A stretch of DNA of 64,000 nucleotides from Pristiophorus japonicus. Its lineage: Eukaryota. The notes under the pieces were generated by a model. The model was given only the letters and a program-made list of their open reading frames with translations. It had not been told where the DNA came from and did no database searches. Below are positions 10,591-23,502 of the stretch, piece by piece. Both the position numbers and the translations under genes were made by a program. The stretch lies in contig NC_091994.1 of the NCBI RefSeq assembly GCF_044704955.1, positions 89,838,001-89,902,000 of the forward strand, read 5' to 3'. Numbering within the stretch: position 1 is the stretch's first letter; each line of letters begins with the position of its first letter.

Positions 10591-13500
10591 GTAGTACAGA
10601 CTCACAGGAGGCACATACTGAAGTCAAGGTCACTCAAGACCTGCACCTTTATTACACAGCTCTCGAATGCCACACTTGCCTGAGACCTGTCCTTATATAC
10701 CTGTCTGGTGGTGGTTACAGGTCATCTCTAGTTACAGTCATGTATAGCATGGTAAGATACAATTATGTACAGTAGTGTGAGATACATGACATCACCCTCC
10801 CCCAAGGTTATAGGTTCAGTTTCTCAGGTGGTCCACGCTCTCGCGTGGAGCGTCTTAGTTGTGGTTCAGTTGTTTGCCTTGGTGCCTGTTTTTCTTTCGG
10901 TGTGATTGCTGGTATCTCGCCTGGGCTGTCTGTTTCGTTCAGTATGATTGTTGGTGTCTCACCTGGGCTGTCTGTTGGGATTGCCCTTTCCTCAGGTTGT
11001 TCCCTCTGTCTGTCCACCAGGTGTGGTGTGAGTTCCACATTGTAGCCTGCTTCTGGTTCAGCAGTGTTGTTGGTAAATCTATTTTTGACTTGGTCTACAT
11101 GCCTCCGGCAGGTTTGGCCATTGTCCATTTGTACCACCAGTAACCTGTTTCCTTCCTTGCCTGTTACTGTCCCTGCAAGCCATTTGGGACCCCTGCCATA
11201 GTTTAGCACAAACACTTTTTCCCTATCTCATTCCACCTCCCCCTCGAATTTCAGTCATGGTACTCAGTTAGCTTTGCCTCAATGATTTCATGCATGTCTG
11301 GGAGGATTAATGAGAGCCTTGTCTTTAAGGTCCGTTTCATCAATTGTTGCGCGAGGGGAACTCCAGTCAATGAATGCGGACGAGATCTGTATGCCAACAG
11401 CAGTCGCGACAGGCGGCCCTGCAGCGTGGGACTTTGGATTTTGAGCATGCCTTGTTTAATGATCTGCACTGCTCGCTCCACCTGGCCATTGGAGGTCGGC
11501 TTGAACGGTGCCGTCCTAATGTGATTTATGCCGTGGTCACTCATAAAATCTTGCAATTCTGCACTGGTGAAGCATGGACCATTATCACTGACCAATATGT
11601 CAGGAATGCCGTGCGTTGCGAACATGGTTCCAAGGCTCTCCACAGTGGTGGAGGTGGTGCTCGAGTTTAAAATGGTGCATTCGATCCACTTTGAAAATGC
11701 ATCTACAACTACAAGGAACATTTTGCCCATGAATGGGTCCGCATCGTCTACGTGCACCCGCGACCATGGTTTGGTGGGCCAGGGCCAGGGGCTCAGGGAG
11801 GCCTCCCTGGGGGCATTACTGAGTTGGGCACAAATGGTGCACTGTCGGACGCAGAGCTCCAAGCCCGCGTCAATGCCAGGCCACCAGACGTGGGATCTGG
11901 CTATGGCCTTAATGAGAACGATCCCCGGGTGCTCGCGGTGGAGTTCCCGGACAAATGCCTCTCTGCCTTGCAGAGGCATAACTACTCGGCTGCCCCACAT
12001 CAGGCAGTCTGCTTGTATTGACAGCTCATGCATGCGCCTATGGAAAGGTTTGATCTCTTCAGGGAAGGCATCGCGAGTCTCTGCCCAGTCACAAGTTAAG
12101 ACACATCTTTTTACTAGAGATAACGTGGGGTCGCTGGTTGTCCAGGCTCTGATTTGGCGAACCATCATGGGCGAACCTGTGGACTCAAAGGTATTGATTG
12201 CCATGACTATCTCACAGTCCTGTTCGTCAGACCCTTCCGTGGTCGGCAGGGGTAGCCTGCTAAGCGCGTCGGCACAGTTGTCTGTGCCTGGTCTGTGCTT
12301 TATGATGTAATCATAAGGGGCCAGCATGAGTGCCCACCGTTGAATGCGTGCCGAGGCGTTTATTGCCTTGCTCTCGGAGTAGGGACGTGAAGGGCTTGTG
12401 GTGGGTTTCTAACGCGAACTTGGCCCCGAAAAGGTATTGGTGCATCTTTTTGACACCGTACACGCACGCGAGCGCCTCCTTCTCCACCATTCCGTACCCG
12501 CGCTCTGTCCGCGAAAGTGACCTGGAGGCATAAGCTATGGGTTGTAATTTACCCGCACTATTGACATGTTGTAAAACGCACCCGACCCCGTACGCTGACG
12601 CATCACATGTAAGAACTAGCTTTTTACCTGGATCAAAGAAAGTCAAAACACTGTTGGAACACAGAAGGTTGCGTTGGAATATAGCAGCTGCCGACCTGAT
12701 GCCGAATGGGCATCGATTGTACATGAAAAGGCCTCGATGTGTGTTGATGGTGGTGAGTAGCTTGGATTCCTCGGTCAATTCTTGCGTCATATACGCAGAT
12801 GTGAGGTCTAATTTTGAGAAAAGTTTACCTCCAGCCAATGTGGCAAATAAGTCCTCTGCTCTGGGCAGCGGGTACTGGTCCTGTAGGGAGACTCTGTTTA
12901 TGGTAGATTTGTAGTCCCCACAGATTCGTACGGATCCATCAGGCTTCATGACTGGGACGATGGGACTTGCCCAATCGCTAAATTCCACGGGTGAGATAAT
13001 GCCTTACTGCAGAAGCCTGTCCAGTTCATGTTCAATCTTTTCCCTCATCACATAGGGCACAGCTCTAGCCTTGTGATGGACTGGTCTGGCATCCTGTGTG
13101 ATGTAATTTTGACTTTAGCCCCTTTGAAGGTGCCCACACCTGGCTGAAAGAGATATTCAAAATGACTTAGAACTGTTGAGCAGGAGGTCCGTTCCTCTGA
13201 CGACATGGCGTGAACATCATCCCATTTCCAGTTTAGTTTTGCCAGCCAGCTTCTCCCCAGCAGTGCTGGGAGATCTCCGGGAACAATCCACAGGGGAAGT
13301 CGGTTCACTGTCCCTTTGTGTGTGACTGAGAGCATGGCGCTGCCAAGGACTGGGACAATTTGTTTGGTATAGGTCCTTAGTTTGGTGTCGACCCTTGTGA
13401 GTTTTGGTCTGTTTTTTTTGTGCGGCCACAGCTGTTCAAATTGTTGAGCGCTCATGAGAGATTGACTCGCTCCCGTATCCAGCTCCATGTTGACGGGTAT

Positions 13501-14835
13501 CCTGTTGAGTAGGACCCTCATCATTATTGGAGGCATCTTGTTGTAAGAGCAGTGGCCATTGATCGTGTTGACCCACTGTACCTCGGTGTCCCGGGTATTG
13601 TCCCCACCGTCTTCTGGTCCGCTTTCCGACCCTTCCGATTCGCATACCAGCCGAGCTGCCATTTTTCTGCAGGCCAGATGCCCTGTATAGTCGCAGTTTC
13701 TGCAAACAGCATGCTGAAATCGACACCCCCTTGATGAGTGCCTTCCCCCACATCTCCAGCACAGACTGCTTCCACTGTTTCCAAAGGATGAGCTACGTCT
13801 GGCTGATCTCTCTTGAGCTTCTCTCAGTTTGTAGTTGATTGCTCGCATTGTGGGGATGAGGTGTGAACGGCCGTTCATGTGGCCCTTGATGGCTTCTGGC
13901 GCCACTGCCTGCTGTTGAAGGCCTGCTCTCCTGCCTTTGTCTGTGTGTGGGGATAGCGGCTTGTTTCACGCTGTGAACCCCTTGTTCCGATGTTTCGTTT
14001 GTTGTCGTACCCGCAGTGTAGATCAACCTCGTTTCTTCTTCTCCTGCCAAGAATGTCTGTGCAACCAGTGCTGCTGCCTCTAGGGTCAAGTTCTTGGTCT
14101 CTGTAAGCTTTTGGAATATGCCTGCGTGGCCTATTCCTTCAATAAAAAAGTCTCTCAGTACTTCTCTCCTTAGTTCATCGGAGAACTCACATAAACTAGC
14201 CAGCCTCCGAAGTTCCGCCACAAAGTCGGGTATGCTCTGGCCCACACAGCGTCTGTAGTTGTAGAACCTGTGTCTGGCCATGTGTAGGCTGCTCGCTGGC
14301 TTCAGGTGGTCTCTTACCAGTGTGCTCAACTCTTCAAACGACTTGCTTGCTGATTTCTCGGGTGCCAGCATGTCCTTCATTAAGGCGTATGTTTTCGAGC
14401 CACAGCTGGTCAAGAGATGGGCTCTTCTCTTATCTGCCTTATCGTCGCCTAACCAGTCTTTGGTTACGAAGCTTTGCTGGAGCCTTTCTATAAAGTCCTC
14501 CCAATTATCTCCAGCATTGTATTTTTCATCTGAAACATTGGTCGCCATTCTGTGGATTCTGTAATCCCGCAACTCACCGCCACTGTAAAGTCCTGTCCCT
14601 GCAGTACAGACTCACACGAGGCACATGCTGAAGTCAAGGTCACTCAGGACCTGCACCTTTATTTCACAGCTCTCGAATGCCACACTTGCCTGAGACCTGT
14701 CTGGGACAGGTAACCAGTGTCTCCTGTAAGTGCACCCCTGGTGGTAAGGTAAGCTTGTGGTTACAGGTCATCTCTAGTTACAGTCATGTATAGCATGGTA
14801 AGATACAGTTATGTACAGTAGTGTGAGATACATGA
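10588..14835 (-). mobile_element. Near full-length defective Ty3/Gypsy (Mag-like) LTR retrotransposon
   Basis: 5' LTR 14584-14835, 3' LTR 10588-10791; PBS TGGCGGTGAG (tRNA-Ser-like); PPT GGGGGAGGGTGA; gag from ATG 14548, CWRCGGRHSSRGC knuckle, protease LDTGAS, RT, RNaseH (CDAS), integrase HHCC + D,D,E. Confidence 0.95.
10808..14548 (-). pseudogene. gag-pol of the Gypsy element, frameshifted, RT core deleted
   Basis: ORFs 13793-14572, 13048-13905, 12311-12988, 11251-12327, 10808-11215; RT jumps from AAIFQRN to LLCSNS with no xxDD motif. Confidence 0.9.
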
Positions 14836-14935
14836 AACTAACTTTTTGTGTTTCATGTACGAGGAGACCCAGATCCCTCTGTACCGCAGCATTCTGTAGT
14901 CTTTCCATTTAAATAATATTTTGCTTTTCTGTTCT

Positions 14936-15078
14936 GTTGGGGGTAGTGTACTGACATGGATTGAGAACTGGTTGTCAGACAGGAAGCAAAGAGTAGGAGT
15001 AAATGGGTACTTTTCAGAATGGCAGGCAGTGACTAGTGGGGTACCGCAAGGTTCTGTGCTGGGGCCCCAGCTGTTTAT
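14936..15078 (+). mobile_element. Tail-less internal CR1 RT fragment
   Basis: WIENWLSDRKQRVG...[14 protein letters not shown]. Confidence 0.85.
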
Positions 15079-15084
15079 CATTAG

Positions 15085-15326
15085 TGACCATGCCTTCGGC
15101 TGCCTCGGCCCTAAGTTCTGGAATTCCCTCCCTAAACCTATCCGCATCTCCACCTCTCTTTCCTCCTCTAAGATGCTCCTTAAACCTACCTCTTTGACTA
15201 AGCTTTTGCTCACCCGTCCTAATCTCCATCTGTGGCTCAGTGTCAAATGTTGTTTGCTAACACTCCAGTGAAGCGCCTCGGGACGTTTTGCTACATTAAA
15301 GGTGCTATATAAATGCAAGTTGTTGT
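15085..15326 (+). mobile_element. L2-type LINE 3' end
   Basis: AFGCLGPKFWNSLP C-terminal motif; tail GGTGCTATATAAATGCAAGTTGTTGTT. Confidence 0.75.
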
Positions 15327-15371
15327 TAATTATTTCCTCCTTCCCTTAAAACTGTTCCAGATAGTGTAGAC

Positions 15372-15785
15372 AGTGATAGTGGTTCAGTTGGTAGCACCCA
15401 CACCTCTGAGTCAGAAGGTTGTGAGTTCAAGTCCCACTCTACTGCTGAGGGAGAGGTGCCGTCTTTCGGATGAGACGTTAAACCGAGGCCCCGTCTGCTC
15501 CGTCGGGTGGATGTAAAAGATCCCATGGCATTATTTTGAAGCAGAGCAGGGGCGTTATCCCCAGTGTCCTGTTCAATACTTAACCCTCAATCAATATCAC
15601 TAAAACAGATTATCTGGTCATTATCACATTGCTGTTTGTGGGACCTTGCTGTATGCAAATTGGCGGCTGCGTTTCCTACATTACAATAGTTACTACACTT
15701 ACAAAAGTACTTTGTAAAGCACTTTAGGACGTCCGATGGTCATGAAAGGTCTATATAAATGTAAGTACTTTCTTTTTCTTTTCTT
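15372..15785 (+). mobile_element. tRNA-head SINE with Deu-like core (SacSINE1-like), internally deleted
   Basis: A/B boxes (TGGTTCAGTTGG, GTTCAAGTCCC), core GGATGAGACGTTAAACCGAGG...AAAGATCCCATGGCA, L2-like tail; homologous to 40985-41430. Confidence 0.8.
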
Positions 15786-17189
15786 TGACAGGCAAGCTTT
15801 GCACAGTTCTTTAGTTAATAGGACAAGAATGTTGCCTGTTCGTGGCCATTCCAATAAGTAAGTAGGTGTGTAAGGTGGTGACCATAAATCTGATACCATG
15901 GGTCAGTTGTGTGAGGTATGGTCGCTCTCTGAGACTTATTCTCACTTTCCATCAACCCCCATGTTACAAAGCAGATCTCACTGTGAGGAGAACTACTGTT
16001 GTGACCTGTGACTTCACAGCACAATATGTTGGATCAGTAACCTGTACAAGTTCAAATTCAAAGTAATTCCGTTTCTGGGAACATGCTTATCTGCTGAAAT
16101 GTTTTAAAATTTGCTCCAGATAGGAAGACACAGGTTTGAGGAGCTAAATGACCTGCTCCTGTTCCTATGTTCCATTTTCAGGAAGGAAGGATGTCGGGTA
16201 GTTAATCCGGGGTAGTCCGAGAACATTGGAAAGCAGCCAGCAATGTTTCCTTGATGTTTTAACAGGGTCCTATTTTGGGTTCCTTGGTTGAAAACAGTAT
16301 TTGGATTGCAATGGTAACTAACTGTTGGGAGTTGTGTGAGGATAGGCTGTGTGAGGATAGGCCGATCTCTGACTATTTCTCTCTTGTGTGGAAATCCCTC
16401 ATGTCCACTTGACATCTTCCTGATGATGACTCATCTGATCAAGAGGACACTATATATGGAATAACATCATTCTACCTCTCTGTGTACAGCACATTGATGC
16501 ACAGCAACAGTGTGATTTTTGTTGAATGGCATTCAGCCAAAGATGTGGGGGTGGAAAACTGTTGCTTCACAACACCTAAAAGTTCTTCAGTTGCTATTTG
16601 GTCGGTTGGATGGGCGAGCTCATGACTGTGGCTGAGAGCACAAGCTTTTCTTCTGGCATTATAAACCAAAAGACTGATTGCCATAAAGGGGACTAGTGCA
16701 TGGGACTCCCTAAACTGATTGGAAACAGTGGACCAGTCAAGATCAAAACACATTTCATAGTGGAAATTATATTTAAAAATGTAAGTCCACTTAAGAAGGG
16801 TGAGTCTGATTGCTAGTGGTATAAAGTATTGAGTGTCAAAATGTGCAGGTTTAAGTTTATCTGCTGTGTACATAATAATGAGCTACTTTTGTGTTTTTAG
16901 CTGACTTTCGATAAACGATCACTGCTGTGTTAAAACAGGTTGGATATGTGCAGTGATGTGAAATTTAAGGGAACGATTGCAGTTTAATTACCTGCCAGTA
17001 ATTAAATGGTGAAATCCCAGATGGTGTAAAAATCGGTTCCTACAAAACTCGATGCGGATGTCACAGGTGATTAGTCAGGAATGACTGTCCTGCAGTAAAA
17101 AGCTCTTGAAGTAATGCAAACACAAGAAGAGTAATGCACGTGGATTAATTGTAATTTTTATTAATCATAGCGATATAGATAAAATCACA

Positions 17190-17745
17190 AGATAGGTATA
17201 GATGAGGGAACCATTTTAGCTCACCCATCAGAATAGAGAAAACCCACCCATTAGGCCATTTTACTGTCTCTTGAAGGGTTCCAGGTTTCTTTTGTACCAG
17301 GAATTGATTGCTCTTTGCATAAATAAATGCTTCCTGATATCGGTCCCAGACATTCCTTTCACCAGTTTTAAGTACCCCCTTGTTCTAGTGTCCTGCCATC
17401 CTTTGAAGTAGTGTTCTAGATTTACCGTATCTACACCATTTAATTTATTGTATGCATCTATAGGTTTCCTCATAGTCACCTTCATTCAAGGGTAAAGGGC
17501 CCCAGTTTCTCCAATCTTTCCTCGGGATCAGCCTTGTGGTCCTTCTCTTCACAGTCTCTAGGAGTTGAAAGTTTCCATGATGTCCTTTTGATCAAAGCTA
17601 TCCCCAGTACGCAAGGTCTGACTAGTGTACTGTACAATTTTGGTGTAATATTTTCTGATTTGTATTCAACTGATCTAGCAATATAATTCCATATTCTATG
17701 CATTTAATTCATTACTGTTCCACAGTGATTTGACATGTTCATTTT
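17190..17745 (-). mobile_element. Old CR1 3' fragment
   Basis: Degenerate YKS..LYSTLVRP, TRTRG..KL, F.QRAINSW motifs. Confidence 0.7.
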
Positions 17746-18619
17746 AAAATACATCATAAATGAGTAATAAACAATGACAACAAATGATGCAATTTACTCT
17801 GTTGAATTCATTGACACACTATTTAGCTTTTTCAATTTAGATTTTTTTCGAAATTCATTTTCTGTCAGTTTGAGAGCTGAGGAAAGATAAACAGCAAAAA
17901 CACTCTGTCTCAGAGCAGCTAAACCTTAATGCAACACAAGATGGAGCTACTGAACTTTGAGTATCCAGAGCGCTCAGTAGAACAGCACTAATAATGAAAT
18001 ATCACCCTGTAAAGGAAGGGCTGGCGATATCAGCACATGTTCAAACATCTTTGCATTTCTCAAACACAGAGCTACTGGTCTTCTGGACCATTGGGAGACC
18101 TGTTTGTCTTAACATAGAAACATAGAAAATACGTGCAGGAGTAGGCCATTCAGCTCTTCGAGTCTGCACCACCATTCAATATTATATTATATTCTATTTT
18201 AGTAAGCTAACAATGTTTTCTGATAAAGCATTGTGTTTCAGTGCTACCTAATGTCATGAGGCGGCCATCCACTCCTTAATCTCAGAGAGGGGGGTTTATG
18301 CTCCACAGATATTGGGTGATGACAGGATCAGACTCAGTTGTTCCCTCCGCCCACATCGACTGACTCTACTGTGTCCAGTATCTTGGCCATTGACACCCCA
18401 CAGATCCCTCATCCAAGGGGTTATTGTTCATGGGTGAACCAAGGCAATGTGTGTTGGCAAGTTATTCATTCATGGGGATGTCACAGCTGAGCCTGATCCT
18501 TTCACCACCCAATATCTGTAGGTGCATTTCCAGCACTGGATAGTGATCGGGAGTAGGTTTCCTGGTTGTTTACAACTCCCTAACCCTGAGGTACTGAGGC
18601 CAATTGTAGCGCCCCTGCA

Positions 18620-19025
18620 ACAACAACTTGTATTTCCCAACGCATTTTACAGCTAATGAAATACTTTCGAAGTGTAGCCACTGTTGTAATTTAGGATATA
18701 GGGCAGCCCATTTGAGCACAGCAAGGTCCTACAAACATCGATGCGATAATGACCTGATAATCTGTTTTAGTGATGTTGGTTGAGGGATAAGTATTGGCCA
18801 GGTACGCTGGGGACAACCCCCCCTACTCTTCATCAAAATAGTGCCATGGGATCTTTTACGTCCACCTGAGAGAGCAGATGGGGCCTCGGTTTAACATCTC
18901 ATCTGAAAGACGGCGCCTCCAACAGTGCAGCGCTCCCTCAGTACTGAATTGAGTGTCAGCCTAGATTATGTGCTCGAGTCTCTGGAGTGGAACTTGAACA
19001 CACGACCTTCTGATTCAGAGGCTCC
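18620..19025 (-). mobile_element. Deu-core tRNA SINE
   Basis: Reverse complement of 40985-41430; inserted in an older repeat. Confidence 0.8.
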
Positions 19026-19419
19026 CCCTACCACTGCCCCTGCTAAGATCTGCTAACTCAGCATATTGACTGAGGAATTGAACTTGGGACCTATCTGAAC
19101 GTTATGGCTCAGTACACTCGACTTGGCTAGAAAATTGTAGAATAACAAGGGTATCAGCTACTGAGCTGGAAAAACAGACACCCACAAGAACATCAATGTG
19201 AGATTTATTGTGTTTAAAGCATTTCCTACATTACAACATTGACTACTCATCAAAAAGTACTTCATTGTCTGTAAAGCGTTTTGGGATGTCCCATGGTCGT
19301 GAAAGGCGCTAGAAAATGCAAGTCTTTGTTTTTTCTTTAAGAGACAAGTCTTCAATTGAAAAGTAAAAAGAGAGAAAGGCTGAAATAGAAAGGGTGCCAA
19401 AACCACATGAGATGGACCC

Positions 19420-19826
19420 TTTAACCTTCACTCCCTCCACCACCGACGCACATGGCTCTAGTGTGTACCATCTACAAGCTGTACTGCAGCAACTCGCCAA
19501 GGCTTCTTCGACAGCACCTCCCAAACCCGCGACCTCTATCACCAAGTAGGACAAGGGCAGCAGGCGCATAGGAACACCATCACCTCCAACTTCCCCTCCA
19601 AGTCACACACAATCCTGACTTGGAAAGATATTGCCGTTCCTTCATTGTCGCTGGGTCAAAATCCTGGAACTCCCTCCCTAAAAAGCACAATGAAGAGTAC
19701 CTTCACCACAAGGACTGCCGCAGTTCAAGAAGGCGGCTCACCACCACCTTCTCGAGGGCAATTAGGGATGGGCAATAAATGCTGGCCTTGCCAGCGACGC
19801 CCACATCTCAGGAATGAATAAAAAAA
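19420..19826 (+). mobile_element. LINE 3' end, same family as 1829-2802
   Basis: Direct similarity; intact tail GGCAATTAGGGATGGGCAATAAATGCTGGCCTTGCCAGCG...poly-A. Confidence 0.85.
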
Positions 19827-19991
19827 GGAGGTTCTGCAGGGGGCAAAACGGATCAGAGAGCAACAGGAACCCAAACGTTAACTTTTGGATTACAGTATTG
19901 TTTCACAACTTGAGTGTATAACTATCATCCGTCAGACACTTAATCTCGGCTCTACTTGTTGAGAACAGTGATGCTTTTATTTTTTTTAAAG

Positions 19992-20921
19992 TTAACTATA
20001 TATTTTAATGTGCATGACTTTGCAAACTTTATTTCGCAACTTACTGTGTCCTCCAGCCAGTAGCAGGGGACTAAAGCCTATAAATACCGAGGCACAGTAG
20101 TTAGCCAAAGTCAGCAAAGAGGCGGTGGGCGGGCCCCCATTATGATTGTAGTAAATCACAGCCACCAAGTGGGTGCCCGAACACAGGACAAACAGTGTCA
20201 CTAGTGCCATGATCAACTTGGCTGCTGTCCTCTCCATATGCACACTGTGCAAGTGCTCGTCTGCGATCGCTCTGATATGTTGGTTGAGATAAAACACGGT
20301 GCTGAGATTGGTGCCGATCATGAGGACGATGGGCATGCCTTCGTGCAGGACGAGAGTGAATTTTTCAAATACTATGCCGCTTTCATGATTTGGGAACTTC
20401 CAGTCACAGCCCAGCAAAGGTTCCAGGGTGGTGCTGACCACCATCAGCGTCCTCGTCTCGTTCCCACTAACAGTCCGGCTGTAAATAAATGCTGGGATTG
20501 CATAGAGAAAATTAACAAACCACACGGCAAATAATATGGTCAGCACGTAGATTATCTCCTTCATCTTTGTGCTCAAATGGAAGTGTTGTTTTATCTTGAG
20601 AAAATGGAAGTAACTGAGAAAGAAAGTGACCCAGACACTGACAGACCTCAGCCACACCCAGAGGAACATGAACACTCTGCACCAATTGAGGGGCAGCAAA
20701 ATATTCACCCCCGACTCTGTAACAAACAGCAAGATGTTTCGAAAAGTTGCAATCAGCAGGTTGACAGCTGCCAAGTTGGTTAGAATGATGTCGGAGGCGG
20801 CGAGGCCATGGTTTTCCAAGGTCGTGGCTAATATTGTCACCAAGACCAAGATATTCCCCAAAATCCCCAGAAACACCAATATCCCATAAATGATGAGCTG
20901 AGCTGAACTCTTAAATTCCAT
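19992..20921 (-). CDS. V1R-like olfactory receptor (ORA3/ORA4 clade; ORA4-like C-terminus), 309 aa, single coding exon
   Basis: Seven hydrophobic segments; GILGN, SDIIL.NLA..NLL, WCRVFMFLWVWLR, PLLGC.W.FP, YYNHNGG, FSPL...GHSKLR; ATG at 20921; acceptor TTTTACAG|G at 20971/20970; AATAAA just after stop. Confidence 0.9.
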   Translation of the reverse strand: MEFKSSAQLIIYGILVFLGILGNILVLVTILATTLENHGLAASDIILTNLAAVNLLIATFRNILLFVTESGVNILLPLNWCRVFMFLWVWLRSVSVWVTFFLSYFHFLKIKQHFHLSTKMKEIIYVLTILFAVWFVNFLYAIPAFIYSRTVSGNETRTLMVVSTTLEPLLGCDWKFPNHESGIVFEKFTLVLHEGMPIVLMIGTNLSTVFYLNQHIRAIADEHLHSVHMERTAAKLIMALVTLFVLCSGTHLVAVIYYNHNGGPPTASLLTLANYCASVFIGFSPLLLAGGHSKLRNKVCKVMHIKIYS

Positions 20922-21049
20922 CACCTCGTTTCCTAGCTCTTTACAAACTCGTTATCTCCAGATCAGCAACCTGTAAAAGATTAAAAAGAAATCTTAAATG
21001 AATCGGTAGCAAGTTGTGATTTTTAAACGGAGCCCTGATCAGCACCGAT

Positions 21050-23297
21050 ACCTGTCATAGTGAAAGAAGAGGTGGTTGAGATACTGGATAGGATCAAAAA
21101 TGATAAAGGGAAGGTAGAAAGGCTGACTGTACTTAAAGTAGACAAGTCACCAGGACCAGATGGGATGCATCATAGGAGGCTGAGGGAAGTTAAGGTGGAA
21201 ATTGCAGAGGTACTGGCCATAATCTTCCATTCCTCCTTAGTTACAGGGATGGTGCCAGAGGACTGGAAAATTGCAAATATTACACCCTTGTTCAAAAAAG
21301 AGTGTACAGATAAACCCAGCAACTACCGGTCAGTCAGTTTAACCTCGGTCGTGGGAAAGTTTTTAGAAATGATAATCCGGGACAAAATTAACAGTCATTT
21401 GAACAAGTTTGGATTAAGCCAGCACAGATTTGTTAAAGGCAAATCGTATTTAACTAATTTGATTGAGTTTTTTGATGAGGTATCAGAGAGGGTTAATGTG
21501 GGCAATGCAGTTGAAGTGATGTACATGGACTTCCAAAAGGTGTTTGATAAAGTGCCACATAATAGGCTTGCCAGCAAAGTTGAAACCCATGGAATAGAAG
21601 GGACAGTGGCAGCATGGATATGAAATTGGCTAAGTGACAGGAAACAGTAAGTAGTGGCGAACGGTTGTTTTTCAGACTGGAGGAAGGTATACAGTGGTGT
21701 TCCCCAGGGGTCGGTACTGGGACCACTGCTTTTCTTGATATATATTAATGACTTGGACTTGAGTGTACAGGGCACAATTTAAAAATTTGCAGATGACACA
21801 AAACTTGGAAGGTGGGAGGATAGTGATAGACTTCAAGAGGACATAGACAGGCTGGTGGAATGGGTGGACACGTGGCAGATGAAATTTAACGCAGAAAAGT
21901 GCGAAGTGATACATTTCGGTCGGAAGAACGATGAGAAGCAATATAAACAATATAAAGGGTACAATTCTAAAGGGGATGCATGAACAGAGAGACCGAGGGG
22001 TAAATGTGCACAAATCGTTGAAGGGTGGCAGGGCAGATTGAGAAAGTGGTTAAAAAAGCATATAGGATCCTGGGCTTCAGAAATAGAGGCACGGGGCTGG
22101 GATTTCATTTGGATTGTGCCTCTGTTAGCATCCCGGAGGGGCGGTAATGGGTCTCGAAATGCTTACTGCCCGGGCAGCCAGCTTCCAGCACCCCGCCGGG
22201 AAATTTGGTGCCGGTTTTGCCGCCCAGGAGCATCGCGCCGATGTGCAACGTTTCGACAACGAGGCGATGTTTGCTTGGCACGGCACCCATAGCGCCCCCT
22301 GGTGAGACCGCCAGGGAAAGCCGGTGTGCAGAGCTATCATGGGGTTCTAAAGGAAGGAATGATTGAAAAGGGTAAGTGAAATTGATATTTGTTTGGGTTT
22401 TTTTTTTGTGATTCACCTTTATTTGGGCGGGGTGGGGGGGTGGGGGGAGAATACTTTATTGGGAATGTTTTTTGTGTTTTTTGTCATGATTTTTTTTGTT
22501 GCAGGGAGGCCTCTCTAAAGCCGACGCTTTAACAACGGATTTTCAGTTGCACACTCGGCCTAGCGTGCTAAGAGAGATGTGGAACACCTCACTTAGCGCT
22601 CCACCCACAGGGCGCAACAACCAAATCTTTTTGGCTGCCGTGGCAAACCATTTTCCGGCGCAAAATTTACTGACCTGTCGCCATTAGTGCCCTAAGAAGC
22701 CTCCAACCGAAAGTCCAGCCCCATAGAGTGCAAAGCAAGTAAATTATGATGAACCTATATAAAACACTGATTCAGCCTCAACTGGAGTACTGTGTCCAAT
22801 TCTGGGCACCACACTTTAAGAAGGATGTGAAGGCCTTAGAGAGGGCGCAGAAAAGATTTACAAGGGATGAGGGACTTCAGTTACATGAATAGACCTGAGA
22901 AGCTGGGGTTATTCTCCTTGAAGCAGAGAAGGCTGAGGGGAGATGTGATAAAGGTGTTCAAAACCATGAAGGTTCTAGACAGAATAGATAGAGAGAAACT
23001 GTTCCCATTGGCGGAAGGGTCGAGAACTAGAGAGACAGATTTAAGGTGATTGACAGAAGAACCAACAGCGACATGAGGGAAAACTTTTTTATGCAGTGAA
23101 AGGGTGGTGGAGGCAGACCCAATCGCGGCTTTCAAAAGGGAATTGGATAAGTACCTGAAGGAAAATCAATTGCAGGGCTACGGGGCAAGGGTGGAGGGAG
23201 GGGGACTAGCTGAGGTGCTCTTGCAGAGAGCTGACACGGGCTCGACAGGTCAAATGGCCTCCTTCTGTGCTGTAACCATTCTGTGATTCTATGATTC
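21050..23297 (+). mobile_element. Older CR1 ORF2/3' end interrupted by a MITE
   Basis: KSPGPDGMH, MDFQKVFDKV, FADDTK, 3' tail TTCTGTGATTCTATGATTC. Confidence 0.9.
22093..22722. mobile_element. Non-autonomous TIR element (Harbinger-like MITE)
   Basis: GGGGCTGGGATTTC...GAAAGTCCAGCCCC termini; CR1 flanks rejoin as AGAGGCATAGAGT. Confidence 0.75.
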
Positions 23298-23502
23298 GAA
23301 ATGCTGTCAGTATTTTGCCGGGTTTTTACACCTGGCACCATCTGTATCAACTCATACGCTGCCTGTATTCTATCCTGTTCTCAATCCCAGTCACCCATCA
23401 TCAGCCCTGTCCTGATCTACTTCTCACTTCAGCATCTTTTCTTTACGGATGTTGATTGCTATGTATTTCCACCTTTTTCTGTTTTTAATATTGAATTTCC
23501 TG

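Noticed and set aside
15372-15445. tRNA gene
   Set aside because: SINE head followed by core and tail; cloverleaf decayed
16333-16362. 15-bp tandem duplication TGTGTGAGGATAGGC
   Set aside because: Ordinary slippage
16472-16873. 133-aa ORF in unique DNA
   Set aside because: No recognisable domain or exon structure
19992-20921. Assigning the symbols ora4/ora3 to the two receptors
   Set aside because: Orthology within the clade needs a phylogeny
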